Below, piece by piece: positions 11,570 to 21,556 of a stretch of 64,000 nt of DNA (position 1 is the stretch's first letter; each line of letters starts with the position of its first letter). The position numbers were made by a program, and so were the translations under genes. The stretch comes from an uncultured Alphaproteobacteria bacterium (GTDB lineage: Bacteria > Pseudomonadota > Alphaproteobacteria > RF32 > CAG-239), in NCBI GenBank assembly GCA_944392155.1, contig CALXVR010000001.1, positions 18,309 through 82,308 on the forward strand, read 5' to 3'. The notes below the pieces were generated by a model that was not told where the DNA came from, made no database searches, and worked only from the letters and a program-made list of their open reading frames with translations.

Positions 11570-12493
11570 TTATATAAAATTTCTGGCCTTGAAGATTCCG
11601 TTTTCAAACCCCTGAATATTTTTGTTAGATTCGGCATCTTCCAAGCGTTTTTCGGCGATGGCGGCATATTCTTTTTCGCGCTCAATACCGATATAGTTTC
11701 GGCCGAGTTTTTTTGCTGTAACCGAGGTTGTGCCGGACCCCAAAAACGGGTCAAGCACCACATCTCCCGCATCACTTGAGGCCAAGATGAGTTTTGCAAT
11801 CAGTTTTTCGGGCTTTTGTGTCGGGTGTGGTGTGTTTTCGGGCATAGACCAGAAAGGAATGGATATATCCGTCCATACGTTAGACGGGGATGTCAAACGA
11901 TAACGCTGTTTACCATCGTCCACCCAATCTTTAGGCTTGCCGGATTCGTCGCGATACGGCGCAATAACCGGCCGCTGAACCTTAACCGCGTCTAAGTTAA
12001 ATTTATAATCTTTGCTTTTGGTAAAGAACCAAATATCTTCCAGACAATTTTTCCAGTTGTTGAGAGCGCCGCGCCCTTTTTCTCTCTCCCAAGAGATTCT
12101 GTTTTGCAAGATAAAATATTTTCCGGCAATTTCGGGGATAGCGATGGATGTTTTCCAGTCAGAACAAATATAAACAGAGGCATTGTCTTTTAACAAACGC
12201 ACGGTTTTAGAAAGCCACTTGTCCAGCCAAAGCTTATAAGCCTCAAAGTCCATCTCTTTGAAGGTATTTTTACCAAAGATTTTGGTCAGATTATACGGAG
12301 GGTCGGCAATAAGGAGATCAATGCTTTTATCCGGCAAAAAGTCCAGAGCCTTGAGCGCGTCCTGACAAATAGTTTTGTTCAAAACTTCTTCCAAAGATGC
12401 TTTTTCTTTGAGCTTAATGGTTCGCGCCGCATATTCTGCGGTTTCCTTAAGAGTTAAACAAATCGTTTTGTTTCGGGGCGCTTTCTTTTTCAT
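11570..12493 (-). CDS. Beta-class N6-adenine DNA methyltransferase (CcrM/M.HinfI-like). No cognate restriction gene is visible, so probably an orphan.
   Basis: DPPY motif in KSIDLLIADPPYNL. SAM-binding FLGSGTT. ParB-like MTase architecture. Confidence 0.85.
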   Translation of the reverse strand: MKKKAPRNKTICLTLKETAEYAARTIKLKEKASLEEVLNKTICQDALKALDFLPDKSIDLLIADPPYNLTKIFGKNTFKEMDFEAYKLWLDKWLSKTVRLLKDNASVYICSDWKTSIAIPEIAGKYFILQNRISWEREKGRGALNNWKNCLEDIWFFTKSKDYKFNLDAVKVQRPVIAPYRDESGKPKDWVDDGKQRYRLTSPSNVWTDISIPFWSMPENTPHPTQKPEKLIAKLILASSDAGDVVLDPFLGSGTTSVTAKKLGRNYIGIEREKEYAAIAEKRLEDAESNKNIQGFENGIFKARNFI

Positions 12494-12500
12494 TTTTGGC

Positions 12501-12779
12501 TTATTCTTCGCCGAACTTGCTATCGATTAAAAGAGTAAGGGCATCAAGCGCTTCCTGAGCTTGGTTCCCTTCACAAGTAACCGAAATTGTTGTGCCTTTG
12601 GCCGCAGCAAGCATCATCAACCCCATAATGGAACAACCGTTAACTTTTTGGCCGATTCTCTCAACCGTAACATCAGCATCCAAATCTTCAATTGCCTTAA
12701 CAAAAGCGGCAGCAGCTCTGGCATGCAAACCTTTTTTATTTTTGATTTCCAAAACGGCGGAAACAGTCTTCTCACTCAT
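12501..12779 (-). CDS. ptsH: Phosphocarrier protein HPr/NPr
   Basis: Active-site region GLHARAAA and overall HPr fold (92 aa). Confidence 0.85.
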   Translation of the reverse strand: MSEKTVSAVLEIKNKKGLHARAAAAFVKAIEDLDADVTVERIGQKVNGCSIMGLMMLAAAKGTTISVTCEGNQAQEALDALTLLIDSKFGEE

Positions 12780-12780
12780 C

Positions 12781-13179
12781 TTACATTCCCAACAATTGTG
12801 ATGCGATATTAATATATTTTTTGCCGGCTTCTTGCGCGCCTTCGACAGTTTCTTTAAGAGTTTTGTCTTTGCGCAGTGAGGCTAACTTAATCAGCATCGG
12901 CAAATTAATTCCGGCAATAATCTCAACTTTAGCTCTGTCCATAATGGAGATAGCTAAGTTTGAAGGAGTTCCTCCAAACATATCGGTTAAAACGATTGCG
13001 CCATGACCTTTGTCAACTTCGCCGACTTTTTTCAAAATCTCGGCGCGGCGCATTTCCATATCATCCTCAGGACCGATGCAAACAGATTCAATCTGATCTT
13101 GTTTGCCGACCACATGCTGCATGGCGGATATAAATTCTTTGGCCAAATTGCCGTGTGTAACCAAAACCAAACCTATCAT
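12781..13179 (-). CDS. PTS EIIA component, mannose family (EIIA-Man/ManX-like). Probably PTS-Ntr-type regulatory.
   Basis: MIGLVLVTHGNLAKEF... carries the catalytic His region of EIIA-Man. Translationally coupled (ATGA overlap) to the upstream ORF and 1 nt from HPr. Confidence 0.8.
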   Translation of the reverse strand: MIGLVLVTHGNLAKEFISAMQHVVGKQDQIESVCIGPEDDMEMRRAEILKKVGEVDKGHGAIVLTDMFGGTPSNLAISIMDRAKVEIIAGINLPMLIKLASLRKDKTLKETVEGAQEAGKKYINIASQLLGM

Positions 13180-13595
13180 TGTTTTCCACCACAACTCCAG
13201 CTGCGAACAGCACCAAAACTTTTCATAACGTCTTCCTTGCTCTTAACCTTGATGAGCTCATCGGCGCGGGTCTGACGACCTTTGAAGACGATTTCCTCAA
13301 CATTCTCAACCGGCACGCCATAAGTTCTTTCAACCATTTTGCCGTTGAGTTCAACAATCAGGACAAATTCAGCTTCAGCCAAAGGACCTTTGGTCTCTTC
13401 ATCAATATTATCCAGACGAACGGCCAAACGGTCATCACGTTTCAAAAGGGCGGTTTTTTTGCCGTCAAATTCCAACACGGGATTGACCGGACTTCCGTCT
13501 CTGGCATCAATAAAAATAGCTAGTTCGCCAAACTTATTTTCAATAATTTCGAAAAAATCCTGCTTTTCGATTAATGTGTAATATTGTGTTTCCAT
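13176..13595 (-). CDS. Hypothetical ~139-aa protein co-transcribed with EIIA-Man/NPr, in the position where alphaproteobacteria usually have HprK. It lacks a P-loop.
   Basis: ORF with an ATGA stop/start overlap with the EIIA gene. No Walker A motif and no recognisable family. Confidence 0.5.
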   Translation of the reverse strand: METQYYTLIEKQDFFEIIENKFGELAIFIDARDGSPVNPVLEFDGKKTALLKRDDRLAVRLDNIDEETKGPLAEAEFVLIVELNGKMVERTYGVPVENVEEIVFKGRQTRADELIKVKSKEDVMKSFGAVRSWSCGGKQ

Positions 13596-13691
13596 AGTTT
13601 TTCCTGTAAGATGAGTTAACACACAAACTAAAAAAGATATTATTACAATATCAGCAATGTGTCAATTTTGAGTTAATAGAACGGACCATCC

Positions 13692-15449
13692 ATGGAAAAA
13701 ACCCCCTTTAAATATCTCTGGCACTATATCTGTATTTTTAAGTATTTAGTTATTGCGGTTCTTTTGCTGAATTTTTTTGCTCAGCTATGCAACCAGACTT
13801 ATCCTCTGTATCTGGCAAAAATCTATAATACAGCGGCCGGAGAAGTGGGCATACCGGATTATTGGGAAAAAATTATATATTTCGCTTTTATTGCCTTTGG
13901 TTTGGGTTTGGCAAGGGTCGTTTTGTTTGATACCACGATGTTTCTTGCCGCTTACATTTTGCCTCAAATACGCACTTTGGTAATCAGAGACAGTTTTGAC
14001 TACACCAATCAACATTCTATAGCCTATTTCAATCAGGAAATGTCAGGCAACATCTCTAACAAAGTCACCCAACTCAACACCGGTGTGCTTGATGGCTTTA
14101 ACGAGTTTATGATGTCATCCTCAATGATAATGTATGTGCTGATAGCCATCAGCATTTTGAGTGCGATGAATATTTACTTTTTGGGCGCAATGGTGCTTTG
14201 GTTGGTCATGATTCTTTTGGTGAGTTGGAAACTTGGGCAAAAGCGTTCTGCCTTATCTAAAGAAACCAGCCGCCAACAAAGCCAAGCCAATGGTGTTATT
14301 GTAGATAGCCTTGCCAACTACAGCGAGATAAAGAGTTTTGCCAACTTTCGCTTTGAGCGGCTTAATTTAATAAAATATCTTCGGATTCTGCGCAAATCCG
14401 AAAACAAAGAACAAAAAGTCAAAGCCTGGATTCATTTAAGCCAAAACTTAATTTCCGTAGCTTCAATGCTGGGTTTTATGATGTTGTCAATTTGGGTTTT
14501 TCGCCGCGGTGGCATTGATACCACGAACTTCATCTATGCCAATACGCTTTTTGCCATGATATCAGGAATGGTCTTTCAGCTGACATGGGTTTATATGAAC
14601 ATTATGCGCATTCACGGACAGTTAAAGTCAGCGCTGGATACTTTAGCCGTAGAGCCGGAACTCAAAGACAGCCCGAACGCCGTAGAGCTTAAAGCCAAAA
14701 AAGCCGAAATCACTTTTGATAAAGTTTCTTTTGCGTACAACGGTCGTAAAAATCTGTTTGAAGATTTATCTCTTACGATTAAGGCCGGAGAGAAAGTCGG
14801 TTTAGTCGGACATTCCGGCAGCGGTAAATCCACTTTTATCAAACTTATTGCACGTTATTATGACATAAATGACGGCAGTATAAAAATAAACGGCAAAGAT
14901 GTTCGTGATGTTACGCAAAATTCGCTGCATAAGCTTATTTCAACCATTCCGCAAGATGTTTGCTTGTTCAACCGTACTTTGTTTGAAAATATAAAATATG
15001 GGCGGACCAATGCGACGGAAGAAGAAGTCTATAAAGCGGCGCGCCAAGCCGGAGCAGATGAGTTTATCCGTGCTTTCCCGAACGGCTATCAGACCAAAGT
15101 CGGAGATAGAGGCGTTGTTTTGTCGGGAGGTGAAAGACAACGCATAGCCATTGCCCGTGCCTTGCTCAAAAATGCGCCGATTCTGGTCTTTGATGAGGCC
15201 ACTTCTGCCTTAGACAGCCAGAGCGAAAAACATATTCAAAAATCCCTGATTCACCTTATGCAGAACAAAACCGTTATTGCCATTGCGCACCGCTTGTCCA
15301 CCTTACGAGAGATGGATAGGATTCTTGTTTTTGAAAAAGGTAGGATTGTAGAGCAGGGAACACACCTAAGCCTTCTGCGTAAAAAAGGCCGTTATTATAA
15401 ATTATACAATATGCAGGCAGATGGTTTTATGATGCAAAATGAGAGCTAA
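13692..15449 (+). CDS. ABC exporter, fused permease/ATPase (MsbA-like)
   Basis: Six-TM N-terminal half. Walker A GHSGSGKST, ABC signature LSGGERQR and Walker B ILVFDEATSALD. Confidence 0.85.
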   Translation: MEKTPFKYLWHYICIFKYLVIAVLLLNFFAQLCNQTYPLYLAKIYNTAAGEVGIPDYWEKIIYFAFIAFGLGLARVVLFDTTMFLAAYILPQIRTLVIRDSFDYTNQHSIAYFNQEMSGNISNKVTQLNTGVLDGFNEFMMSSSMIMYVLIAISILSAMNIYFLGAMVLWLVMILLVSWKLGQKRSALSKETSRQQSQANGVIVDSLANYSEIKSFANFRFERLNLIKYLRILRKSENKEQKVKAWIHLSQNLISVASMLGFMMLSIWVFRRGGIDTTNFIYANTLFAMISGMVFQLTWVYMNIMRIHGQLKSALDTLAVEPELKDSPNAVELKAKKAEITFDKVSFAYNGRKNLFEDLSLTIKAGEKVGLVGHSGSGKSTFIKLIARYYDINDGSIKINGKDVRDVTQNSLHKLISTIPQDVCLFNRTLFENIKYGRTNATEEEVYKAARQAGADEFIRAFPNGYQTKVGDRGVVLSGGERQRIAIARALLKNAPILVFDEATSALDSQSEKHIQKSLIHLMQNKTVIAIAHRLSTLREMDRILVFEKGRIVEQGTHLSLLRKKGRYYKLYNMQADGFMMQNES

Positions 15450-16666
15450 ACCACGCTATTGTTTCTGACTTCCAAAAATTGTGCCTCATCGGCAAGAGAA
15501 GCAAAGAGCTTCGGGTCGGTGGACGTAATCCATGCCTGAATTCCGAGGTCTCTGATTTTTTCAAGCAAAGCCTCGCGTTTGAGGTCGTCCAAATGTGCCA
15601 CAACCTCGTCCAGCAACAACACGGGAGCAAAACCTTTATCCAAGGTTTGGCATTTTGTCTGTGCCAAAATAATGCTAATCAGCAGCGATTTTTGCTCACC
15701 CGTAGAGCAAAGTTCCGCCGGCATTCTTTTCTTTTTGTAATAAACCTTAAAGTCTGTACGATTAACGCCGTCCACGTTGTCGTTATATAAAACATTGCGA
15801 CGTTGAGACTTCAATTTTTGGATATAATAATCTTCAACATCAATCGCCGGCATCGTGTCCAAAAGTTGTTCTATCGTGCCATCAAGTTCCAGCATAACAT
15901 TCGGAAAAACATCATCCGGCTCTTTTTCAATAAACTTATTAAGCTTGGCAATAAGCTCGCGTCTTGCCGCCGCGATAGCCACGCCGATTCCCGCCATATT
16001 TTCTTCCAAAGAGGACAGCCAGTTATTATTGCTGTTACCGTTTTTAAGCAGTTGATACCATTCTTTGTATAAATGTTCAAAATTAGCCGTTCTTTTGGCG
16101 TGTTCCACATCAAAAGCATAAACCAAACGGTCTAAGAAACTACGTCTGGGTTGTGAGCCTCCCCGGAATAATCTGTCCATCTGCGGAGTAAGCCAAATAG
16201 CGGAAATATATTTTCCCAAATCTGATTGTGAGGAGGTTTTTTGCCCGTTTATTTTAACGATTCGTCTTTCATAAGACCGAAAATCATCGTCATCGGTTTC
16301 TCTGGTGGTTTTCGCAACCGCCGTCCCGATTTCAATCTCATCTTCGCCTTTGTTAACCAAGGCGGAGACCGCCCAGTTCAGGTTTGATATTTCAGTAGGG
16401 CTATATTCATCATTAACCAAAGCCGGTGTAATTCTTCTGATGTCTGCCAATCTGGCCGAGCGAAGACCTCGCCCCGGTGTAAGAAATGAGATTGCTTCCA
16501 AAATATTGGTTTTTCCCGTTCCATTTTCACCGGTAATAATGACGGGAGCAAGCTTGGCATTAATTCGTAAATGCGCATAGTTTCTAAAGTCAGTTAAAGT
16601 CAGGCGTGTAACACCTGACTTTTCTTTCATAAACTGAGCCAAATTTAATGCCAAGTTGTCCGTCAT
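15446..16666 (-). CDS. recF: DNA replication and repair protein RecF
   Basis: LTLTDFRNY and Walker A GENGTGKTNILEAI. It lies downstream of dnaN. The start may instead be the Met at 16630. Confidence 0.85.
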   Translation of the reverse strand: MTDNLALNLAQFMKEKSGVTRLTLTDFRNYAHLRINAKLAPVIITGENGTGKTNILEAISFLTPGRGLRSARLADIRRITPALVNDEYSPTEISNLNWAVSALVNKGEDEIEIGTAVAKTTRETDDDDFRSYERRIVKINGQKTSSQSDLGKYISAIWLTPQMDRLFRGGSQPRRSFLDRLVYAFDVEHAKRTANFEHLYKEWYQLLKNGNSNNNWLSSLEENMAGIGVAIAAARRELIAKLNKFIEKEPDDVFPNVMLELDGTIEQLLDTMPAIDVEDYYIQKLKSQRRNVLYNDNVDGVNRTDFKVYYKKKRMPAELCSTGEQKSLLISIILAQTKCQTLDKGFAPVLLLDEVVAHLDDLKREALLEKIRDLGIQAWITSTDPKLFASLADEAQFLEVRNNSVV

Positions 16667-16671
16667 TTTTC

Positions 16672-17790
16672 TTAAACACGCATCGGCATCAAAACATAAA
16701 TAGCGCTGGCGTCGCTTGTATCATGGATAACGGAAGGAGAAGAGCCGTCAGCAAAGCTGATTTTAACATTTTCGCCTTTAACTTCGCCCAGGATATCCAG
16801 GAGATAACGGAAGTTATAGCCAATCTCCAACGATTCGCTGTCATATTTAGCTTCAACTTCTTCCATAGCAGAACCCAAATCCGGACTTGAAGTCGTGATG
16901 GTAACATGATTCTTGTTAGTAATCATCTTAATGGCGCGAGTTCTTTCAGCCACAACCGAAACACGGTCAACGGCAGAAGAAAGTTCTTTAACACCAAGTT
17001 CCAAAACTTTGTCATTATCTGTCGGAATAACGCGCTCATAGTCAGGATAAGTTCCGTCAATCAATTTAGATGTCAAAATAACATCTTCCATTGTGAAGCG
17101 AATTTTGTTTTCAGACAAAGCAATGGTAATATTGTCGGTAGAACTGTCATCCAAAAGCTTGCGAACTTCCGAAACGGTTTTTCTCGGTACAATAACACCG
17201 GTCATATTTTCTGCACCTTTCGGTAAAGGCGATTCTACACAAGCCAAACGGTGTCCGTCTGTGGCAACTACGCGCAGAACCTTAGCTTCGCCTTCGTTTT
17301 TGGCATGAATGTATAAACCATTCAGATAATATCTGGTTTCTTCGGTAGAGACGGCAAACTGGGTGCGATCAATAACATCTTTAAGCTCGTCTTTGCCCAT
17401 GGCAAAATTAACCGGAAGTTTATCGCCTGAAATAACCGGAAAGTCTTCTACGCCGATGGTAGAAAGTGAAAACTTAGACCGACCGGAAGCAATGGTTAAT
17501 TGACCTTTTTCATCAGGAAAAGTCAGCTCAACATCAGAACCATCGGAAAGCTTACGAACAATATCATAAAGCATATGAGCCGGAGCTGTTGTTGCGCCTG
17601 TTTCAGCTGTTTTGGCATCAACAATTTCCGTAATCTCGGTATCCATATCCGTAGCCTTAAAGCTGATACCGTCTTCCATAGCCTCAATTTTAACATTGGA
17701 GAGAACAGGGATGGTGTTTCTCTTTTCAACAATACTCTGAACGTGACTCAGAGTTTTCAGCAATTTTGCGCGCTCAATTGTAAATCTCAT
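16672..17790 (-). CDS. dnaN: DNA polymerase III beta sliding clamp
   Basis: MRFTIERAKLLKTLSHVQSIVEKRNTIPVLSNVKIEA is a typical DnaN start. 372 aa. Confidence 0.9.
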   Translation of the reverse strand: MRFTIERAKLLKTLSHVQSIVEKRNTIPVLSNVKIEAMEDGISFKATDMDTEITEIVDAKTAETGATTAPAHMLYDIVRKLSDGSDVELTFPDEKGQLTIASGRSKFSLSTIGVEDFPVISGDKLPVNFAMGKDELKDVIDRTQFAVSTEETRYYLNGLYIHAKNEGEAKVLRVVATDGHRLACVESPLPKGAENMTGVIVPRKTVSEVRKLLDDSSTDNITIALSENKIRFTMEDVILTSKLIDGTYPDYERVIPTDNDKVLELGVKELSSAVDRVSVVAERTRAIKMITNKNHVTITTSSPDLGSAMEEVEAKYDSESLEIGYNFRYLLDILGEVKGENVKISFADGSSPSVIHDTSDASAIYVLMPMRV

Positions 17791-17886
17791 TTTCTTATAC
17801 CATTAATGTTATAAACTAATTTTCACTAAATATAGCACCGATTTAGCAAAAACCGAAACTAAAACAACGATTCGTCAACAGCTTTT

Positions 17887-18306
17887 TTAGTATTCCGAGA
17901 GCTTGTGTTTTTTCAGAAAATTTGCTGCAGGTAAAAACATATTTGAAGGCAGATTATCCTCATCAAACCATCGCCATCCGGCGCATTTGTCTGTTTCCAT
18001 AATCTTTGGTTCCCCATCAAAACGATGTGTGACCATATTAAGCGTAACATAATGTTTGCCCGATTCTTCAAAAAAATCATTGGTAACGTCAGCCAGAAAA
18101 ACATCTTTAGGCGCAATAATCAGTCCGGTTTCTTCCTTGGCTTCTCTAACGGCTCCTTCTTCAAAGCTTTCGCCATATTCCATATGTCCGCCGGGAGGAC
18201 ACCATGTACCGTTTCCATGAGCAGATTTTCTCAAGCCAAGCAAAATCTGGTGTTTTTCGTTGAAAATATATAAACCTAAACCGACTTTTACGCTTTTTTC
18301 GTCATT
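17887..18306 (-). CDS. NUDIX hydrolase inserted between dnaA and dnaN
   Basis: NUDIX box GGHMEYGESFEEGAVREAKEETG. Start trimmed to MNDEKS, which follows a ggaga RBS. Confidence 0.7.
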   Translation of the reverse strand, partial: NDEKSVKVGLGLYIFNEKHQILLGLRKSAHGNGTWCPPGGHMEYGESFEEGAVREAKEETGLIIAPKDVFLADVTNDFFEESGKHYVTLNMVTHRFDGEPKIMETDKCAGWRWFDEDNLPSNMFLPAANFLKKHKLSEY

Positions 18307-18414
18307 CATAACCATTCTCCATGCATAAGGGTAGAATATGTAAAATATCTTTACAACAAAAAACAGGTTTTGTGTTGATAACAAAACCTGTTTAATTAAG
18401 GAGTTAGAGTTAGT

Positions 18415-19860
18415 TTAGGCTTCCAAAATTCTTCTCAAAGCATCAACATTTTCTGCCAGAGAAGCATCTTCTAAGATAAGCTCCTCAACCTTGCGAACCG
18501 CATGCATAACGGTTGTGTGATCACGGTCAAATTTGCGACCGATTTCCGGCAGCGAACGCGAGGTGAGTTGTTTAGCCAAATACATGGCAATCTGACGCGG
18601 ACGAGCAACTGTGCGAGCTCTGCGGGAAGACTGCATTTCTTTGACCGAAATATTGAAATGTTCGGCAACTTTTTTCTGAATTTCATCAATTGTTGTGCGC
18701 TTGTCATAAGAACGCAACATGTCTTTCAGAACATCTTGAGTCATATCCAAAGTGATTTCTTTGTCACTCAAGAGTTGAGAATGTGCAATAACACGACGGA
18801 GAGCGCCCTCAAGCTCACGAATATTAGAAGTAATCTTACTTGCCAAGAATTCAGAGACTTTTTGTGGCAATTCAACACCGAGCTGACGAGCCTTATTTTC
18901 CAAAATACCGATACGCAAGTCAAAGTCAGTCGGATGAATGTCGGCAACCAAACCGCAACCCAAGCGAGATTTCAAGCGAGCCTCAATTCCTTCCAAATCA
19001 GCCGGAGATTTATCCGCGGAGATAATAATCTGACGACCTTCCTCAATCAAGGAATTAAAAGTATAGAAAAACTCTTCTTGTGTGGTGTCTTTGCCGCCCA
19101 TAAACTGAACGTCATCAACCATCAAAACATCAACTGAGCGGAACTGCTCTTTGAAGGCGGTTGTATCTTTGTAGCGCAAAGCGCGAACAAATTTATACAT
19201 AAACTTTTCGGCAGACAAATAAACAATATTTCTGGTCGGATCTTGTTGTTTAATATGCCAAGCAATAGCGTGCATCAAGTGTGTCTTACCGAGACCAACA
19301 CCGGAATACAAGAACAACGGATTAAAAGAAACGTTTCTTGATTCTGCAACTTTGCGAGCTGCGGCATAGGCAAATTCATTGGTCTTACCGACAACAAAAT
19401 TGTCAAAAGTATACTGCGGATTAAGCGGAACAGACAATGATTGATCTGTATTTGCTTGAAATTCGTTGCTGTTTGCCAAAACAGAATTAAGTCCGGATTG
19501 ATAAATGTTTTGCGGAGCCGGACTAGAAGAAATTTTCTTCAATAAAGAGCGGCAAGAAGGATTGTAAAGTCCTTTAGTTTCATCTTGGACGGCCTGAACA
19601 ACAAAGTTGACGCTTTTAATGGCCGGATTCTTTTTCTCCCAAATCTTGTGGATGCGATCGCTGTAATGCGTAATTACCCAATTTCTCATAAAGCGGGTCG
19701 GAACACAAATGTTCATAGTTCCATCATTAAAAGTACCCGGTGTTAGTGGCTTTAACCAACTGTCAAAAGCTGTTTCCCCTACTTCAACTTTCAACTGGCT
19801 GCAGATCTGCCCCCATTGCTCTTGAACAGAACTGTTGTTGTTTATTGCTTCTTCAGCCAT
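18415..19860 (-). CDS. dnaA: Chromosomal replication initiator DnaA
   Basis: AAA+ Walker A GVGLGKTHLMHAI. C-terminal DnaA-box binding signature (TTVMHAVRKVEEL). Start trimmed to MAEEAI... after a ggggaga RBS. Confidence 0.9.
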   Translation of the reverse strand: MAEEAINNNSSVQEQWGQICSQLKVEVGETAFDSWLKPLTPGTFNDGTMNICVPTRFMRNWVITHYSDRIHKIWEKKNPAIKSVNFVVQAVQDETKGLYNPSCRSLLKKISSSPAPQNIYQSGLNSVLANSNEFQANTDQSLSVPLNPQYTFDNFVVGKTNEFAYAAARKVAESRNVSFNPLFLYSGVGLGKTHLMHAIAWHIKQQDPTRNIVYLSAEKFMYKFVRALRYKDTTAFKEQFRSVDVLMVDDVQFMGGKDTTQEEFFYTFNSLIEEGRQIIISADKSPADLEGIEARLKSRLGCGLVADIHPTDFDLRIGILENKARQLGVELPQKVSEFLASKITSNIRELEGALRRVIAHSQLLSDKEITLDMTQDVLKDMLRSYDKRTTIDEIQKKVAEHFNISVKEMQSSRRARTVARPRQIAMYLAKQLTSRSLPEIGRKFDRDHTTVMHAVRKVEELILEDASLAENVDALRRILEA

Positions 19861-20400
19861 CATATCTCCCCATATAATAAAATCACTAAAAACAATGAGC
19901 CCAAGTCCTTCGAACATAAAATGTTATGTGCTCTAAAGTGCTCGAGCCGCAAGACCTTCCCAATAGAGATGTTCTTGCTTCTTGCATTAGCTGTCATCTC
20001 TCACAACACAACAATAAACTTAAAAGCACAATCTGAAACACTGTCACCATGCTTCCAAAATTTATTTAAGCATTGTCTCCCGAAAGAAGACAGAAACTCT
20101 TTTTTTAATACTTAAAAGATTGTTCCCCAATTTTGCAATCTGACGGGTATTAATTTAGAGTGGATTCTGAAATAAAAGTTTTACTTAACTTTCATCCGAA
20201 TTTGTCTGGATAGTAGAGTCAAAAAAAAATAATTACAACAGAACATTCAGCGAACATTGCAATTAATTTTCTTGACAGAAGATTCTTGCAGAGTCGCTTA
20301 GATTCTGGGCTTTTTAGCACAAAAAAACGCAAACCGACAATCTCTCATATAAGAGAGCAACCATCAGTTTGCGCTACAAAAAACTACGTGTAATAAGCGA

Positions 20401-20661
20401 TTACAGAGCTTTAATTTTGGCAGAAAGACGAGAAACCGTACGAGAAGCAGTATTCTTCGGAAGAACACCTTTCTGAGCTGCTCTCATCAACTCGGATTCT
20501 GCAACAATCAAAGCAGCCTTAGCAGCTTCTTTGTTGTTTTCCAAAATAGCAGCATTTACTTTTTTAACAAAAGTGCGAACACGACTTCTGCGAGCACCGT
20601 TAATGATGCTTCTTTTATTGTTTCTGTTAATTCTTGTTTTTGCCGATTTATGATTGGCCAT
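20401..20661 (-). CDS. rpsT: 30S ribosomal protein S20
   Basis: MANHKSAKTRINRNNKR... is a typical S20. 86 aa. Confidence 0.85.
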   Translation of the reverse strand: MANHKSAKTRINRNNKRSIINGARRSRVRTFVKKVNAAILENNKEAAKAALIVAESELMRAAQKGVLPKNTASRTVSRLSAKIKAL

Positions 20662-20794
20662 TTTTTTTATCCTGTATTAAATAGTTATGACAATTTTTCA
20701 ATTCTGATATGCTTTATAAACTCTTAAAGCGTCTTAAGTCAATACCTAATTTCGCAAAAAAGCCCGATTCTGACCACCTTTTAAAGGTTTAGAC

Positions 20795-21547
20795 TTATCC
20801 TTGAGCAAATTTTCTGAGCGTTTCTCTGAATTCGTCGGTTGCCAAACAGCATTTTGCTACATTCTTTTCCAAAACGATTCCTTCGTCTAAAGGCAGATTC
20901 TGAGCCGCCAAAATAATTTCCTTTGCCTTACGCAAAGCATTAAGGGGCTGAGTCGCAATTTTTGATGCTGTTTCCAAGGCATGGTTTTTTAGGTCGGAGA
21001 GAGGAACGATCCGGCTCACTAAGCCGGCATCAAAAGCTTCATCGGCGGTCATGGCTCTTCCGCTCAAAATCATTTCCATTGTTTTGGCTTTTCCCAAAGC
21101 TTTTGTCAGGCGTTGTGTGGCGCCAAAAGAAGGAATGCATCCCAGACTTAGTTCCGGCTGTCCAAAACGTGCATTGTCGGCCGCCAGAATAATATCGCAA
21201 GCCAAAGCAAGTTCGCAACCGATTCCTAAAGCATAACCGGCAACGGCGGCAATAATTGGCTTAGAAAATTTTTCAAAGATACCAAATTCTTTTTGCATTT
21301 CATCAATGCCGAAAAAAGTTTGATCACTCTTGCTTAAAACTTCTCTGATATCGATTCCCGAGGCAAAATTTTTCCCGTCGCCTCTCAATACAACAACTTT
21401 AATATTGTCATCAGTATCAAACTCAGAAAGAACAGAGGCCAATTCCTGTAACATACTCAAATTAACAGAGTTCATTGCCTGCGGTCTGTTAAGTGTAATG
21501 ATTCCTATATTTTCTTTCTTTTCAGTAACAATATTGGTGTAATTCAT
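20795..21547 (-). CDS. Enoyl-CoA hydratase/isomerase (crotonase) family protein
   Basis: Crotonase-fold motifs (GIITLNRP...ALN; AAVAGYALGIGCELALACDI). Confidence 0.8.
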   Translation of the reverse strand: MNYTNIVTEKKENIGIITLNRPQAMNSVNLSMLQELASVLSEFDTDDNIKVVVLRGDGKNFASGIDIREVLSKSDQTFFGIDEMQKEFGIFEKFSKPIIAAVAGYALGIGCELALACDIILAADNARFGQPELSLGCIPSFGATQRLTKALGKAKTMEMILSGRAMTADEAFDAGLVSRIVPLSDLKNHALETASKIATQPLNALRKAKEIILAAQNLPLDEGIVLEKNVAKCCLATDEFRETLRKFAQG

Positions 21548-21556
21548 GATACAATC

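Noticed and set aside
19861-20400. Possible oriC with DnaA boxes in the rpsT-dnaA intergenic region
   Set aside because: No convincing TTATCCACA-type box was found by eye. The best candidate is AGTGGATTC, a 6/9 match. In alphaproteobacteria the origin is usually near hemE/parAB and not dnaA. A genome-wide GC-skew and DnaA-box scan would settle it.
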